A program made the position numbers and the translations under genes. 64,000 nt of DNA from the NCBI RefSeq assembly GCF_011745625.1, contig NW_027191480.1:124001-188000 (forward strand), read 5' to 3'. This stretch comes from Cladosporium halotolerans. Its lineage: Eukaryota. Under the pieces are notes generated by a model. The model was not told where the DNA came from. It did not search any database and worked only from the letters and a program-made list of their open reading frames with translations. Every line of letters begins with the position of its first letter. Positions within the stretch are counted from its first letter, which is position 1. Below, piece after piece: positions 1-12,267 of this stretch.

Positions 1-1
1 A

Positions 2-3000
2 GCCCGCCTTCAGAAAGCCACCGACCGCGAACAAAACAGCGAATCTTACCTTCGCGACTTGGAAGCCAAGATGGAAGGGTCTGCCACAGGCGAAGAGCAC
101 AGTGCTACAGTCATCGCCGAGCTTCGGAAAGAGTTGTCCCGCACCCGCGAAAACAGCAGCAATGTGGAAGAATACGTCTCGACTCTTGAGGAGCGCCTGG
201 CGGAGGCTGAGCAGGACCAAGAGATTATGCAGCGCGACATCGACCGTCTTGAGCAAGTCATCGAGCGACAGAGGAGCATTGGACGTCTGGACAATCTGCT
301 TTCCGAGTTGGACAATGTGAAAGCCAAGAAGAGCTCGCCTGAGGAAGCTGCCCAAGAGGACGCTCCGCAGAAGACCAATGGCCACAGAGACAGCTACGAC
401 CCGTACAGGCCAGTCTCCACCAGCGCTAGCTCAGCAGACGACGTTTTCACCGACGCTGCCGCGAACCGTTCAGCCATGGCATCTCGGCAGGACGATGGGC
501 CAGCACTCGCCCCTGCTCCTGAAGTCACCGCTCAGCCAGGATCACCCGCGACTCTACTTGCCCCCCGCAGCCCGGCACAAGACGACTTCATGGCCGACAA
601 GCTCGAGAATCTTACGCAGGAGCTCTTCGACCTTCGCTCTGAGCACGAGACCGTCGTCACCGACTACGACAACCTACAGCAGAAGTACCAGACCGCGTTG
701 GAGACGCTCGCCAAACTCGAATATGACAAGGAGTCGACGAAGACCCCCACGACTGCGTCTGGGAGCCGGCCAGAGTCTTTTTTAGCGGAAGCGGGGGTGA
801 AGGACGAGGAGAAGGCCGACCGAAGCGGAGAGCAACCTTCATCCTCGCGGTCCTTGTTGGAGGAGCTTTCGTCGCGTGGGGAGTTGACTACTGGCAGCGA
901 CGGCGAGACGACGCCGCGTGGCAATTCTGATGAGGACGAGCGCCTGAGCATGCGCGATGAAATCGCGGTGCAGGATGATGCGCCGCCTGTTGTGAATGTG
1001 GCTAGAGGCGAGGAGACGGGTGTCAAGAACCTCAGACGTGTCAACGCGGAGAAGGACGCTTCCATCCGCGAACTCACGCAGAACTACAAGAGCTTGGCGG
1101 AAGAACACCACTCGGCTCTGCTGCACGTTGAAGACCTCAAGCAAGAGCTCAACCGCTTGTCTTCCATGCGCCCTCCCGTCTCGCCCTCTGTCGCCAGACC
1201 CGTATCCCCAGGCCTGCCCAGCCCAAGCTATGGAAAATACAACCCTCGCCGCAAGTCCGAGGACCAACTTGGCTCTGACAGGGCTTCGAAGAGTTGTGCC
1301 TCGCTGAAGAGCATCGCTCTTGATAATCTCGAGAGCGATTCTGTCGCGAGGCACAACTTCGAGCTCAACCTCCACCTCGTCATGACCGAGCTCCACAGCA
1401 GGTCCGACAGGGTGCAGAGTCTGGAGGCGGAGCTCACCACGGTGAAGAAGGAGATGGAAGGCAAGCAGGCCATCATCTCAGGCTTGACCAGAGAGCGATC
1501 GAGTTTGAAGGCCAACAGCAGCAGCGTCGACTTCTCGGTCGTCGGCCAGATGCGCGACCAGCTGATGGAGAGCGAGCAGCAAATCCGCAACCTGCACGAG
1601 CAGCACGCGGTGAGAGAGAAGGAGTTCCAAGATCAGATCGATTCTCTGAAGGTTGGCCTCGAGCAGCACCGTGAGAACACAGTCGCTTCTGCCAAGAGAG
1701 CTTCGATGGCGGGCGATGAGCACATGCCAGGGTTCTTCCCTGAGACGCCGGCGCAGGAACTCTCGCAAGCCGAGGCCGGCGCGCCCCGTTCTATCAGCGA
1801 CGACGCACAGGTTGCCAATGTCGAACACTTGCAGTCAGAGCTGGCTGCATGGGAGACTAAGCACAACAGTGCTATGGAGAGCATGAAGGCTTCGGAAGCC
1901 AACCTGCTCAACACAATTTCAGAGCTGCAGGAGTCTCTCCGTCAAGCCGAACAGGGTACGGGCGGCCCGCGTGGACTTGGCATTTCCGGTGGCTCCATGT
2001 CCGATGACGAGCGCACCAAGCATCAAGAGGTCGTTGATGCGCTGCAAAGGGAGGTTGACGAGTACAAGACGACTGCGAACAGCCACGTCGAGAAGCTGTC
2101 CCAGCTCGAGAAGTCGTATTCCGAGATCCTCGCACAAGTCGACCAAGACTCGCAGTCCCGCGAGCTCACCGAGAAGGAGCTCAAGACTCACAGAGACCTT
2201 GTGTCTAACCTCGAGAACCAGCTCGACGTGCACAAGAACACGATCACTCTCCACCAGGAGAGCCTGGAGAGCCTGCAGGCTTCACACTCGAAGGAGATCG
2301 ACGAGCTCAAGGCTTCGCTGGAGAGCTCGCAAAAGGAGGCCACGGAGCGCGATGCGGCTACCGAGAACAGACACAGCAGCTCCATTGGACTGCTCCAGGC
2401 TGAACTCACTAAGTTGCAAGGCGAGCATACTGCTCTCCTCGCCGCTGCCGCCGCTGCGCTCGGCACGTCGACCGACTCCCACACTCTGCGTTCGCAGATT
2501 GAAGGTCTGGTCGAGGAAGGCAAGGAGCTGCACACTCGCCACACGAAGACGACCAACGACCTCAAGACCGTGCAAGAGGAGCTGCAGACGTCCCAACTAA
2601 AGAGCGCGGACTTGCAGGGCCAGTTCGACGCCGTCAAGGACCAGTTCGAGGCGGCGCAGAAGCAGCTCGACACCGTGACGAAACGCGAGAAGAAGAGCTC
2701 GAGGCTCGTGGAGGAGCTGGAGGAGCAGCTGAACAGCAACTTCGACTCGCACCAGGCGGCTACGAACCGCTTGAGCAGGATGGAGTCGGAGAATGTGCAG
2801 GCGAGGCAGGAGTTGGAGCGGGAGCTGGAGGAGTTGAAGTTGAAGAACGGCAACTTGGAGGTAAGATCCTGCTTGAACTATGTTTTGTTGAAATGCATTA
2901 CTGACAAATATTGCAGCAACAAGTCGCTCAGTACTCACGACACTCGCTGGCTTCCGACCGCGGTTCCATCAACTACAACAACCGCGAGTCACTCTCCCCC

Positions 3001-3564
3001 GAGGCTGCCGCCATTGCCCTTGCCCGTTCATCCTCCCAGCAGTCCGCAGCCCGCAAATCCGGCGGCCCCCCAACAGCCCTCCCAACACCACCTCCCTCCA
3101 TTCCCCTCCCTGCCCTCCCCGGCTCCGAACGCGCCACCTCCCCAATCCCCGGAAGCGGCTCACCCCCCGCCTCCCGCCACGCCTCCAAAGACGGCGCCGG
3201 CGCCAGCGCGGGCATGACGCAAATGATCGAGGACCAAGAAGCGCGCATCCGCACGATCGAAAAGCACCTCTTCGCCGAGAAGCAGCTGACGGCGACCCTC
3301 GAGGAGGCCCTCGTCGACCTCGAGACGTCCGCCAACCGCACCAAGACCGACATGGACGGCTGGAAGCGCAAGTGCCAGAGCCTGGAGGACGAGCTCGTCA
3401 GCTTGCGCAAGGAGCGCAGCAACTCGCGCGCCAGCCTGCAGGCCGTCGAGGAGGAGCGCGAGATGCGCGTGCGTGCCGAGAGGGCGCGCACGGCCCTCGA
3501 GCAGCGCATGATGGAGCTCAATGCGCAGAAGAAGAAGAAGAAGGGCGGGCTCAACTGCTTCTAG
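2..3564 (+). CDS. Kinesin-4-like (KIF21/chromokinesin-type) protein, coiled-coil stalk and tail; 5'-truncated by the window edge; intron 2861-2916
   Basis: Frame open from base 2 (ARLQKATDREQ...), long E/K/L/Q coiled-coil. GTAAGA...CTGAC...TTGCAG intron joins ORF 59..3217 to ORF 2911..3564. Tail RIRTIEKHLFAEKQLTATLEEALVDLE...KKKKKGGLNCF resembles fungal class-4 kinesin tails. The motor domain lies outside the window. Confidence 0.75.
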
Positions 3565-4120
3565 GCGGGCGGTGGGGCGCGCTGCTAGATGGAGGGAGAG
3601 TTTGTGTGCTCGCTTCTTCTGGCGTCTTTTTCTTGCGCCGAACGACGGTTACACGACGACGATATACGGAGCGCTGTTTGATTGTTTGTTTGAATTTGGT
3701 AATCTGTCCTTTTTTTTCCGGAAGATCGAGTCCACCCTCGAATATGCGGCCTTCCCTCCTTCGGCCACTCGTCCGTGATGAGCTGTTGGAGAAAGGGGGG
3801 AAGGCTCGCGTCATCAGAAGTGGACTCTTTGCTTTCTTGGTTTAGATCGCCCATACCCCCTTCTTCGAGCGTGTTTATTCTGCTAGGATGTAGAACTGTA
3901 AGAAAACTGTGTATATGTTTTGACCTTTCGACTTGATCACTGCCTGAGTGTTATTGAAAACGTCTCTGTCGTTTGCTGTGCATACGTGAGACCACAGCTG
4001 GATGAAAATCATTCCAATGAAAAAATGCTATCTACGTTGGGTATCTGGTGTCTATCTCTATCGTCTAAGTGTATGTGTATGCTGTGCTCATCGCTCGAGT
4101 CTTTCGATGGCTACAACATC

Positions 4121-5506
4121 TCACTTCCTCTCCACCCACGTCTGCATCTTGATCCCATACACCGCCGTCACAGCGCAGAACCCGCCCGCTATCAGCGCGA
4201 AAATAACACTAATCGTGCACTGCAATCCCACGCCCACAGAGTCCACCAGCGGGATCGTCACGCCCGCCGCCACCGCCGAGAAACTGTACTGGACCAAATA
4301 CTTGCTGGCGATGGCTTCCTGCCGGCAGTGGGGCATCACTTCCGCACAGTAGGTATTCAGGCCCGCGAACGCAGCCAACACGCCGGCGGCGATGATGCCC
4401 GCGAAGACAATGGGCAGCGCCAGCCCGCCGGCCGACCGGTCGATGCACCACCCGTAGATCAGCGAGGAGGCGGGGATGACGAGGAACCAGCTGACGAAGC
4501 CGCTGCGCAGGCGGTCTTGGGGCAGGCGGAGCCCTTGCCGTCGGAGGATCCATTGTCGGACGGTGCGGTCGGAGAAGCGGCCGCCGATGAGCGTGCCAGC
4601 GAGGAAGCCGGCGGCGGGGGAGAGGTAGAAGAGGCCGGAGGTCAGGGGGGAGGCGATGCCGTACTGCGTCTCCAGGATGTGGCGGGGGCTGGCGAGGAGG
4701 GAGTATTGAGACCAGCTTAGAAGGCCGGCGGCGAGGTCGGCGAGGAGGACGTTCGGGAAGCGGAAGAGTTTGAGGACGCGCAAGGGGTTGTAGACGTCGA
4801 GGACTTGGGAGAGGGTTGGGTGCGTGATTGTAGCGTTTTGGCCGCCTTTGCTGAGGAAGAGGAGCGAGAGAGTGAGGCAGATGGCTAACATGCCGCATTG
4901 GACCCAGAGGATTACTCGCCAGGTTGTGTAGGTTGTGATGATGCCGGCAACTAGGGGGCCGAGAGGCGGGCCCAACACGGTGCCCGAGAGGAACAGGCCT
5001 GTGGCAGTGCCTCGGCGCACGGGAGGAAAGAATTCGGCCAAGATCGCTTGTCCTGTGACGTGGAAGAATGTTCCTTGGAGACCGGAGAGGAGACGGAAGG
5101 CCATGAAGTAGCTCAAACTTGGCGAGAAGGATGCGGCAAGCGTCCATGCAAGCAATGCGATCACACAGCTGTTCCAAGCATAAAGGCGGCCGATGAGAGG
5201 TATGAGCGGCCCCCAAAAGAAAGTGGAGATGCCCATGAGGAACAAGATTCCTGCACTGGAGGCGTTGACCACTTCAGATGTCGTCCCGAACTCATCTGCA
5301 ATATCACTCGCTGCTGAGAACAGCGACGTGCTGCTGAAGGTTGCCGTCAAGGCAGTGAAACTTGTAGCGAAGACCACTAGCCATTTTGTTGCTGTTGACG
5401 CGTTGTACCCTGGCGATGTCTCTTCTAGGTCCACAACCGGCGGCGTCGTTGATGATGCTACAGGTGCTTGCTTTTCGAGTCGTGCCGGATCAGCCTGAGG
5501 ATCCAT
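4121..5506 (-). CDS. MFS transporter, DHA1-like drug:H+ antiporter (461 aa, intronless)
   Basis: About 12 hydrophobic segments; motifs FRLLSGLQG, AEFFPPVRRGTATG, GPPLGPLVAG, GGRFSD, PQDRL. Confidence 0.9.
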   Translation of the reverse strand: MDPQADPARLEKQAPVASSTTPPVVDLEETSPGYNASTATKWLVVFATSFTALTATFSSTSLFSAASDIADEFGTTSEVVNASSAGILFLMGISTFFWGPLIPLIGRLYAWNSCVIALLAWTLAASFSPSLSYFMAFRLLSGLQGTFFHVTGQAILAEFFPPVRRGTATGLFLSGTVLGPPLGPLVAGIITTYTTWRVILWVQCGMLAICLTLSLLFLSKGGQNATITHPTLSQVLDVYNPLRVLKLFRFPNVLLADLAAGLLSWSQYSLLASPRHILETQYGIASPLTSGLFYLSPAAGFLAGTLIGGRFSDRTVRQWILRRQGLRLPQDRLRSGFVSWFLVIPASSLIYGWCIDRSAGGLALPIVFAGIIAAGVLAAFAGLNTYCAEVMPHCRQEAIASKYLVQYSFSAVAAGVTIPLVDSVGVGLQCTISVIFALIAGGFCAVTAVYGIKMQTWVERK

Positions 5507-6145
5507 GATCGTCGTGCCACGAGCAACAGAGTGAAGGCAAATACAGTTTAGTTGGCGCCATCAGGCACAATATGCGGGAGTCGATCATGTTATATGACAG
5601 AACCATCTCGGCGACATCGCTCTCACACGACAGCAGGTGGGTCACTTTTCGGCAAATGGCAAGTTTTGGCCGGAACCTTACAAGGCGAATGCAGATCGCT
5701 GCAGACGCGATCGGGCGGTGTCAGAGGCCGTTTCACCAGGCAGTACGGGCTCCATTCTATAGTCAATCAATGCCGTCAGTTATGGCTGATTACCCTCCGC
5801 GGGAAACAAAATTCCGTCTGCTTGCCACTAAAAACGTTGGCCAGAACATGAAAGCGATCATGGAGGCTCGCGAGGAGAAGACTTGTCGAACAAGTTCAAG
5901 TCAATTACGACGGTGTTTCCTCCGGGGTCATGTGCTTGGTGACTCTTCACCGCTCGGGGTCACGGTGCTGGGCGCTGCAATGAAGCTGTCAGGTGCAGGA
6001 TGTGGGAGGGCGTCTGGTGTTGGTGCAGTCGGCGCACTGGCCTCAACGCCGACGCGTCTCGGCGAGAGCGCACAACTCGCCGGCCGGCCACCGGCGACTT
6101 GAGCGTCACCCCGAACGTCTCGTCTCATCACGCAGCACGCTCGGC

Positions 6146-8207
6146 ATGTCCAGCACACCGTCGAAACGTCCAATTGCGTAAGTAATTTCGGAAGCTAATT
6201 GTGACAACGGATCGTCCTCGAACGTGGAGTCGTCGTTCCGCATGCTAATTCATCGCGAGCAAGGTGTCGCGAATGTCACAAGAAGAAGGTGAAATGCTCC
6301 GGCAACGGTCCACCATGTACGGCGTGCTCCCAAGCTGCACTGGATTGCGCCTACCCTGCTCGAGACAAGAAAGTCAAGATCGGCCAGAGGTAGGCATGTT
6401 GATATTGATATCCTTCTAATTGATGACTTTAACGCTGTCAGATATCTGGACAATGTCCTTGAAGAAAACCGACGCCTCTCTGCTCTTGTCGCAACTGGAA
6501 GCCCAGTTGATGCACGAGCATCATCAGGTGCAGTCTCATCACAGACAACTCCAAGAGCCGACAATGCCGATCGAAACCCTGTGCTCGAAGAGCATCCGTG
6601 GTTCATCGTTCATGATGACCTGCCCATTTATATCAACGAAACTGCAGATGGAGCGTTCGCGACCCGGCTTCGTCAAACAGCTTCGACAAAACCAGTGAAT
6701 CATCTGCCTCGCGTCCACTTCTTGAGCGATGATACGTTGCGATCTCTGTCAGAAGCGGCCCCCGTCTGGCCCAGCGCATCTCGGCTTCGCTTCTTGGTCC
6801 ATACAGCTATGGAAACGGCTTGCAAAACGTGGCACATCGTCCGCAAGACTGTCATCGATGGAGACGTGCAAAGCCTAACAAACGATCCTGCTTCCATCAA
6901 CTGGCTCACCGCGAGTCGATTGTGGGCATTAATGGCTATTGGCGACGCCTTTTCGTCTAGATGTTCGCTTCCAGACCAGCCATTCCCTGGAGCCGTGTTT
7001 TGGGCTAGAGCGATGCAATTAGTGAACATGCCAATGGAAAGACCGCGACTTGACTTGGTTGAAGTTCACATTCTACTCGTAAGTGTTGCTCCTTGAAAGT
7101 AATGATGAGCAACCTCCTGACCCAGTCTAGTCATTTTATGCTGCTTTAATGAACCGTCGCCACACTGCAGTACAACTTTCGGCAGAATCACTACGGATCT
7201 CCGTTATTCTCGGACTTCACATTGAGATAAGCGACACCCAGCTCAAAGACCCAATATTGCGAGAACACCGTTGTCGACTGTGGTGGACCGCGTACCGATT
7301 CGATCGTCTGTGGGCGGGACGAATCGGCGTCCCTCCCTCAATTGCGGACGAAAGCATCGAGATTCGATTACCGTCAGATGAAGGCTTGCCAGCGAGCTCT
7401 GGCGACTTTCGAGATTCTGAGCATCTGATTATGTCTGTCCGACTTTCGCGGATGCACAGTCTCTCGATCAATACGCTCTACGTCTGGAAACGTCAGCTAA
7501 CATCCTTCTCTGAACGGGTCCAGGCAGCGGTACGATCACTGAGAGACTGGGCAGAGGAGCTCCCGGAGCATTTGAAGTTGAAATCTGATCAGCCAGTCGA
7601 GCCAAGGGTGCAATACCTGCACCTATCTTTCAACCAAGCCGTCATCGTAGTCACCCGTCCAATCTTACTGCATGTATTTCGACAAAGCCTGCCCCGTCAA
7701 TCTAACCAGACAGCTCAAACGCAACAATTCTCCGACCCCGCTCTTTCTCTAGCCACAGCATGCGTGCGGTACGCCCGACAATCCATGGACTTACTCAAGC
7801 GTTCCTGGGCAGACGGCACATTCCTCACCTTCGACTACTTCCACGTGCAGTTCCTCTTCTCGTCCGCCACAATCCTCCTCATCTCCGCTCTCCTCCAAGG
7901 CGCCGGCTGGGCCAGCGACCGAGAGGACTTCCTGCTCGCCTGCTCTTTCCTCCATCAACTCGAGCAGAACGGCAACATGGCCGCGAAGGAATTCAGCGCG
8001 CACGTAGACGCGCTCAAGTCCATGATCTTGGAAGATGCTGTTGCGGGAGATGCGGCAGTCGGACATCCGGTCGTGGCCGAGAATCCGCCCCTGCAGGATT
8101 TCCTGGATTTTCCTGAGATCGATCTGGATTTCATGGAGTCTGATGCGCAGTGGTTGGAGTTTCAGGATGTGTTTTGGCCGGAGATGGGGTCTGCTCCGGG
8201 GCCGTGA
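6146..8207 (+). CDS. Zn(II)2Cys6 fungal transcription factor with Fungal_trans middle domain (about 623 aa); introns 6178-6263, 6390-6441, 7079-7130
   Basis: Spliced N-terminus MSSTPSKRPIACRECHKKKVKCSGNGPPCTACSQAALDCAYP (six Cys). Middle region LGLH...REHRCRLWWTAYRFDR. Acidic C-terminus. Canonical introns restore the frame. Confidence 0.9.
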
Positions 8208-8563
8208 TGGGTACGAAAGATCCTTTGCATTGATGAAGGACCACATCTTCATACTAGCAGTATTATTTTTTGCCTTGCAATTGATGAGAACCCATTTCAA
8301 TGCTGCAGGCTTGTTCTTGGACTTGAAGCATGATCTCTCAAAATTTAGCTGAATTTTATCATTGGAAGATCCCATCGCACTCCGATTCAGTATCGTAAAC
8401 AATTTGTTTCGAATGTTCTGCCATATGTATGCCGGTGAGAGTACCTGTAAGACCGCCGTCTGTGCCGAAGTTCCCAAAAATGCTGTCAATCCTCTCGTAG
8501 AAACGCCGGAACACCTTGCTTTCGAAAACATATCTCGTCTGCCACTGTCGCTGAAAGAGTTTC

Positions 8564-9301
8564 TCAGCTCTTCAAAGCCTCGAGCCTTCCTCTCATCTGC
8601 GCCATCATCTCCTCCGAGTCCATTTCGTCTTCCTCCGCCGCCGGTTCCGTCGGCTGATCCACCGGCACAGCCGGCGCCTGCACCTTGTCCTTCAGAATCT
8701 CCCCAAGCACCTGATCAACCTCCGCCTCCGCCTCCTCATCTTCGCCCTCAAGCAGCTCATTGTTCGGCAAGCTATCCTCCACCATCTCCTCGATAATCCC
8801 CGCCTTAACCAGCTCCTGGCTCAGCTCCTGCATCGTGCCCGTAAGCTCCGGCAAGCGCACGAGCGAATTGACATCCTTCATAATCCCCACGGAGCTCTTA
8901 ATCGAGCCCTCGATCTTGCGCATCGCGAACGCCTCGTTGACCTGCATGCCGACGCTCTGCAGCGTCGCCTTCGACGTCGCCAGCCGCGCCTCCTGCTTGC
9001 GCACGCGCAGCAGCTCTTTGGCGAAGATGCGCGTCTCGGCCGAGGCCTGCTTTGCTTGCGAGGGGTTGCGCTGCGCGCGCTTGGAGGCCTGCAGGATCAG
9101 GTTGCGCGTCTTCGATTCGAGCGTCTTGAGGTTTTGCATGTCGCGGTCGAGGCGCCGGGTGTTGGAACGGAGGAGTTGGTTGCATTTGCGTTTCTGGGGT
9201 GAGTGTTAGTGGGGTGCTTCGTCTTGGGTAGATTGGTGATGGAGACTGACTTGCTCTTCGGGCGAGGGCCCGTAGAAGAAGCGGCGGACTGTGTCGGCCA
9301 T
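8564..9301 (-). CDS. VPS24: ESCRT-III subunit Vps24/CHMP3 (226 aa); intron 9194-9250
   Basis: MADTVRRFFYGPSPEEQ|KRKCNQLLRSNTRRLDRD..., ELVKAGIIEEMVED, C-terminal MIM-like MRGRLEALKS. Confidence 0.92.
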
Positions 9302-9794
9302 GGTGGAGTGAGAGATTGGCAGATGTCTGAATGTTCAAGGTAATTTGTGTATGTTCATTGCATGGCTATGAGAGAGGGTGAAGCGAATGGCCGGCGCATT
9401 GTTGCTCTTCCCCAGATCAGTGCCTGACTCTTGCGAGGGTGAAGTGAGGGCCGCGGGCGCGGCTTGGCTGGCCTGACGTCGACGTGGGGCTGGAGCCTCC
9501 ATCCCATTTTGAGCAGTGGCAGAGGACGGCGAGCAGCATTCACGACAGCTACGTGATACACCTTGCATTGGCGAAAGGTAAGCTGCATCTAGCTTTGGAG
9601 GCTCTCACATGCTTCATTATTTTTCCAAACCAGAATTTGACTGACAATCATTGCCTCACAGCACCGCATTCAAACCCACGAATTCTGCCGGGTTCTCGTC
9701 GCTTCTACCAGCAATCAACCCCAGCCTTAACACACTCCAGCTGCCCACGACATCCCCACATCTCTTGCAGCAAGCACACCACAACACAGACACA

Positions 9795-10647
9795 ATGGAG
9801 CAGCCCAAGAACACCACCGACGCAAAGATCGCCGGCGCCGGCTCGGCCGCCATGGTTCCTGAGGGTAAGTCGCGAGCCGCCTGCGCCGAGGCATCTCAAT
9901 CACTCAATCACTCAAACCAGTCGCATACTGACACAACCCCTCCACAGTCACCTGGGCCCAGCGCTCGTCCGCCACCGAGGCGGAGAAGAACCACGTCTTC
10001 CTCGCGATCATGGTGCCCGACGTCTCGCCGCAGAACATCAAGCTCGACGTGCAGCCGACCTCGCTCGACTTCACCGGCTACTCGGACTCGAAGAAGGCCA
10101 ACTACCACGTGCACCTCGACTTCTACAAGGAGATCGACCCCAGCGCCAGCAAGACCAACCACACGTCGCGCGCCGTTGAGTTCGTGCTGCAGAAGAAGGA
10201 CCTTGAGGTCGAGTACTGGCCGCGCCTGCTCAAGGACGCCAAGAAGGTGCACTTCTTGAAGACGGACTTTGACAAGGTGAGATATATTTTTCCGCTGGAC
10301 TTTTGTGAAAATGGGGACACTAAATACTGACAATTTCCCAGTGGGTCGACGAGGACGAGCAGGACGAGGTCAACGAGGACGACGACTACATGTCGCGCAT
10401 GGGCGGCATGCAGGGTATGCAGGGCATGCAGGGTATGGGTGGCATGGGCGGCGAGGGCGGCTTCGGCGGCATCGACTTCTCCAAGCTCGGCGGCATGGGT
10501 GGCATGCCCGACATGAGCGGCATGGGCGGCATGGGCGAGGACGACGGCGAGGAGGACGACGAGGACATGCCCGAGCTTGAGGAGGAGGCCAAGGGCGGCG
10601 CCGCCGCTGCAGACGCCAGCAAACCCAAGGTCCAGGAGGTCGAGTAA
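9795..10647 (+). CDS. SBA1: Hsp90 co-chaperone p23 (Sba1/Wos2), 234 aa; introns 9865-9947, 10277-10341
   Basis: PEVTWAQRS, YWPRLLKD, FLKTDFDKWVDEDEQ signature after splicing; GM-rich acidic tail. Confidence 0.93.
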
Positions 10648-10997
10648 TGTGCATAGGCCGGGATACAAAAATTGTGACGAGTCCTACGACGGTTTCTGTT
10701 AGGATGCACGGGCTGTGGCGCTGGTTCTCTCTGCTATATATGTGTAGCCGCGAATGCTTCGCTGTCGTGTGGCTTCGGAACATTGGGAGCCCGTTACGCT
10801 GCGGCTCCTCTAATAGTTGTCATTCAACTAAGCAATCCTAAGAGACGAGAAAATTAAGCAACGAAAAATCTAGCCCCCAAGATGCAGACGTCCCATCATG
10901 AAGAAGGCCCCAGCGCCACCGATGCACATGCCTCGCAAAACCACCTGCGATCGCTTAATGCCCAACCCCCAATCCTCCCACGTCCCAAACAAACCTC

Positions 10998-12005
10998 CTA
11001 CTTCCCAGGATTCTGTTCGAAGTTCATACTATACCCCCCACTCTTCTCATCCTTCTGAAACTTAAAGTTCTCCGTGCTCAGCCCAAACGGCTTCAAGAAA
11101 CTATTCCCCAACCCCTTCAGCTTCCCCATCATCTCCGCCATCTCCCTCTCCCGCGCCTCATCCAGCCGCGGCCTCAGCGCCGCCGCGCTCCCCTCCACCC
11201 GCTTCCTGTCCCCCGCCCCGAGCGCCCCCGCCATCCCCGGCGAAAGCAGCACGCGGTAGTCCTCCGCCGCGCCCTGCAGCTCCGCCCAGCCGCCTTGCGC
11301 CGTTTTCGCCTGCGCGCGCCGCGTCAGCAGCTTCGCTTGCAGCTTGCGCACTTCGCTGAGCGTGTGGCCTGATTGGCGAAGGTTCTCGATCCGCGCTTCG
11401 AGCTCGTCGTCGACTTCCTCCACGACCTCCTCTTTCGCCCCCTCCCCCTGCCCCTGTCCCTGCGCTCTAGGATCCTTCTCCCGCACGACAGGCAGCCGCT
11501 CCAACCGCTCCAGACAATCCAGCCCTTTCCCCGCGGCGTCCGCGGCCGCGGGCCAAGCGGACAGCTTGAGATTGCAGGCGGCGATGTTGGCGCGCAGCAC
11601 GGCGACTTCGTAGTCGAGGTACGCGGGGCAGAGGGCGAGGGCTTGCTCGTAGGTTTGGAGCGCGTTTTCGTGGCTGCCGGTGCTGAAGAGGGTGTTGGCG
11701 CGGAGTTTGAGGGCGGTGGATTCGGCGAGGAGGGAGGACTCTTCGGCGGGTGGGAGGCGGTCGCGGTTGGTGAGGGTTGGTGGGGAGGTGGGTTTGGAGT
11801 CGGGTTGGGTGGGTTCTGAGGGCGAGAGGGCGGGTTCTGTTGCGGTGGGTTTCTTGGGTTCGGGTGGTTGGTTCTTGGATGCGGGCGAGGTGGTGGAGGG
11901 GTCGTGGTCTTGTTCGTCTGGTTCGAATGATTTGAAGGAGTCGGCGTCGGAGGATGGGTAGTCTGCTTGGTCGTTGGGCACTTCTGTGCCTCGGTTTGGT
12001 GCCAT
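10998..12005 (-). CDS. TPR-repeat protein, TTC1-like (335 aa)
   Basis: LKLRANTLF...YEQAL..CP, LRANIAACNLKL, C-terminal EMMGKLKGLGNSFLKPFGLSTENF...GGYSMNF typical of TTC1 homologues. Confidence 0.85.
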   Translation of the reverse strand: MAPNRGTEVPNDQADYPSSDADSFKSFEPDEQDHDPSTTSPASKNQPPEPKKPTATEPALSPSEPTQPDSKPTSPPTLTNRDRLPPAEESSLLAESTALKLRANTLFSTGSHENALQTYEQALALCPAYLDYEVAVLRANIAACNLKLSAWPAAADAAGKGLDCLERLERLPVVREKDPRAQGQGQGEGAKEEVVEEVDDELEARIENLRQSGHTLSEVRKLQAKLLTRRAQAKTAQGGWAELQGAAEDYRVLLSPGMAGALGAGDRKRVEGSAAALRPRLDEAREREMAEMMGKLKGLGNSFLKPFGLSTENFKFQKDEKSGGYSMNFEQNPGK

Positions 12006-12267
12006 GATCGTGTTTTGGCAAGAGAATCCTCAGGCGATAGTCTTGTCAGACGAGACGCCAGCCCAAAATGTTTCCCACCTTCACATGCACGACCTCGAAG
12101 CGTGACGTCGTTCCCTCCGCGGGGAGCTTCACCAAACGCGAACTTACGTGCGCGCAGCCAAACCGCGTTTCGCGATCTCCAAAAGTAACATTTTATCTCT
12201 TCACCTTCTTTCTTCTCCATAGCCTTTTTTTCAATTGCTCCAATTCAGGAGCAGGAAACTCCACACA

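Noticed and set aside
10390..10535. GGCATG/CAGGGYATG tandem repeats
   Set aside because: They simply encode the GM-rich tail typical of fungal p23/Sba1.
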